DNA from: Hemiscyllium ocellatum
Taxonomy: Eukaryota
Reading direction: 5' to 3'
Length of the DNA: 64,000 nucleotides
NCBI RefSeq assembly: GCF_020745735.1
Contig: NC_083432.1
Coordinates: 37,472,533 to 37,536,532, forward strand
Numbering within the stretch: the first letter of the stretch is position 1; each line of letters begins with the position of its first letter. The notes under the pieces were generated by a model. It made no database searches. It was given only the letters and a program-made list of their open reading frames with translations, and was not told where the DNA came from. A program made the translations under genes and the position numbers. Shown here piece after piece: positions 63,235 to 64,000 of the stretch.

Positions 63235-64000
63235 AAGAAATATTACCAATCTCAACAGTGCTTGAGTAGAAGCGAGCAATGCCACAGGAGTTCCATTACA
63301 AAAATATTACATGCAGTGCAATTGTCAGAAATTCTGAATTGTTATTGAACCTAAATACAGTTAGTTATTCTCCTTCTGTTGTGTTATTTAGAGTCATAGA
63401 GTGATAGAGATTTACAGCGTGGAAACAGACGCTTCGGTCCAACCCGTCCATGCCGACCAGATATCCCAACCCAATTTAGTCCCACCTGCCAGCACCCAGC
63501 CCATAACCCTCCGAACCCTTCTTATTCATATACCCATTCAAATGCCTCTTAAATGTTGCAATTGTACCAGCCTCCACCACTTCCTCTGGCAGCTCATTCC
63601 ATACACGTATCACCCTCTGTGTGAAGAAGTTGCCCTGTAGGACTGTTTTATATCTTTCCTCTCTCACCTTAAACCTCAGGGAACAGATTCTAAGGACTCT
63701 CACAAACTGGGATTGTGCATACACTTGCTAAAACTTGCAGAGTTTGGGAGTAGAGCATGGGAGATGTGAGTAATTGGATAGTGCTTCCCAATTACAAAAC
63801 AGCAAATGGCTTTAAGGACGGAATTCAATTTAAAAGCGGCTGATGTGACTTTCGCCCCATTTTTCTCGGTGATAAATTTCACATCAATCTCATTCAAATT
63901 GATTAAAATACCAAAGTCAGAAAAACAAATAAAGCCACTTCATTACCTCATGGCATGAGTTTATATTTCAATCAATTAATCCCCTTTCTGCTTTTACAAA
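63235..64000 (+). repeat. Direct repeat of about 59224-60000; cluster probably continues beyond the window
   Basis: Colinear, near-identical sequence including the CR1 tail and the start of the upstream promoter block. Confidence 0.85.

Noticed and set aside
1-64000. CRISPR array or prokaryotic defence system
   Set aside because: The DNA is vertebrate and repeat-rich, with no regularly spaced short repeats or cas-like ORFs. The RT and GIY-YIG ORFs belong to retrotransposons.

Overview
Vertebrate genomic DNA, most likely from a shark (inferred from HE1-type SINEs and CR1, Rex/Babar and Penelope repeats). The main feature is an expanded cluster of intronless small heat-shock protein genes (hsp30 type, alpha-crystallin domain). 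It holds eight near-identical copies with HSE+TATA promoters, one of them shortened by a nonsense mutation, plus two pseudogene remnants. The cluster is built from tandem units and a large imperfect inverted duplication around a spacer at about 41.85-46.97 kb, and the copies show a gene-conversion patchwork. The left end holds a decayed Gmr1-like Gypsy LTR element (integrase before RT, tRNA-Pro PBS). The most unusual item is a 97-nt vault-RNA-like sequence on the minus strand (25058-25154), fused head-to-tail to a young HE1 SINE; both are absent from paralogous empty sites in this window. Several Penelope elements carry minimal hammerhead ribozyme motifs and form TSD-flanked hairpins. All calls were made by eye, and repeat boundaries are approximate.
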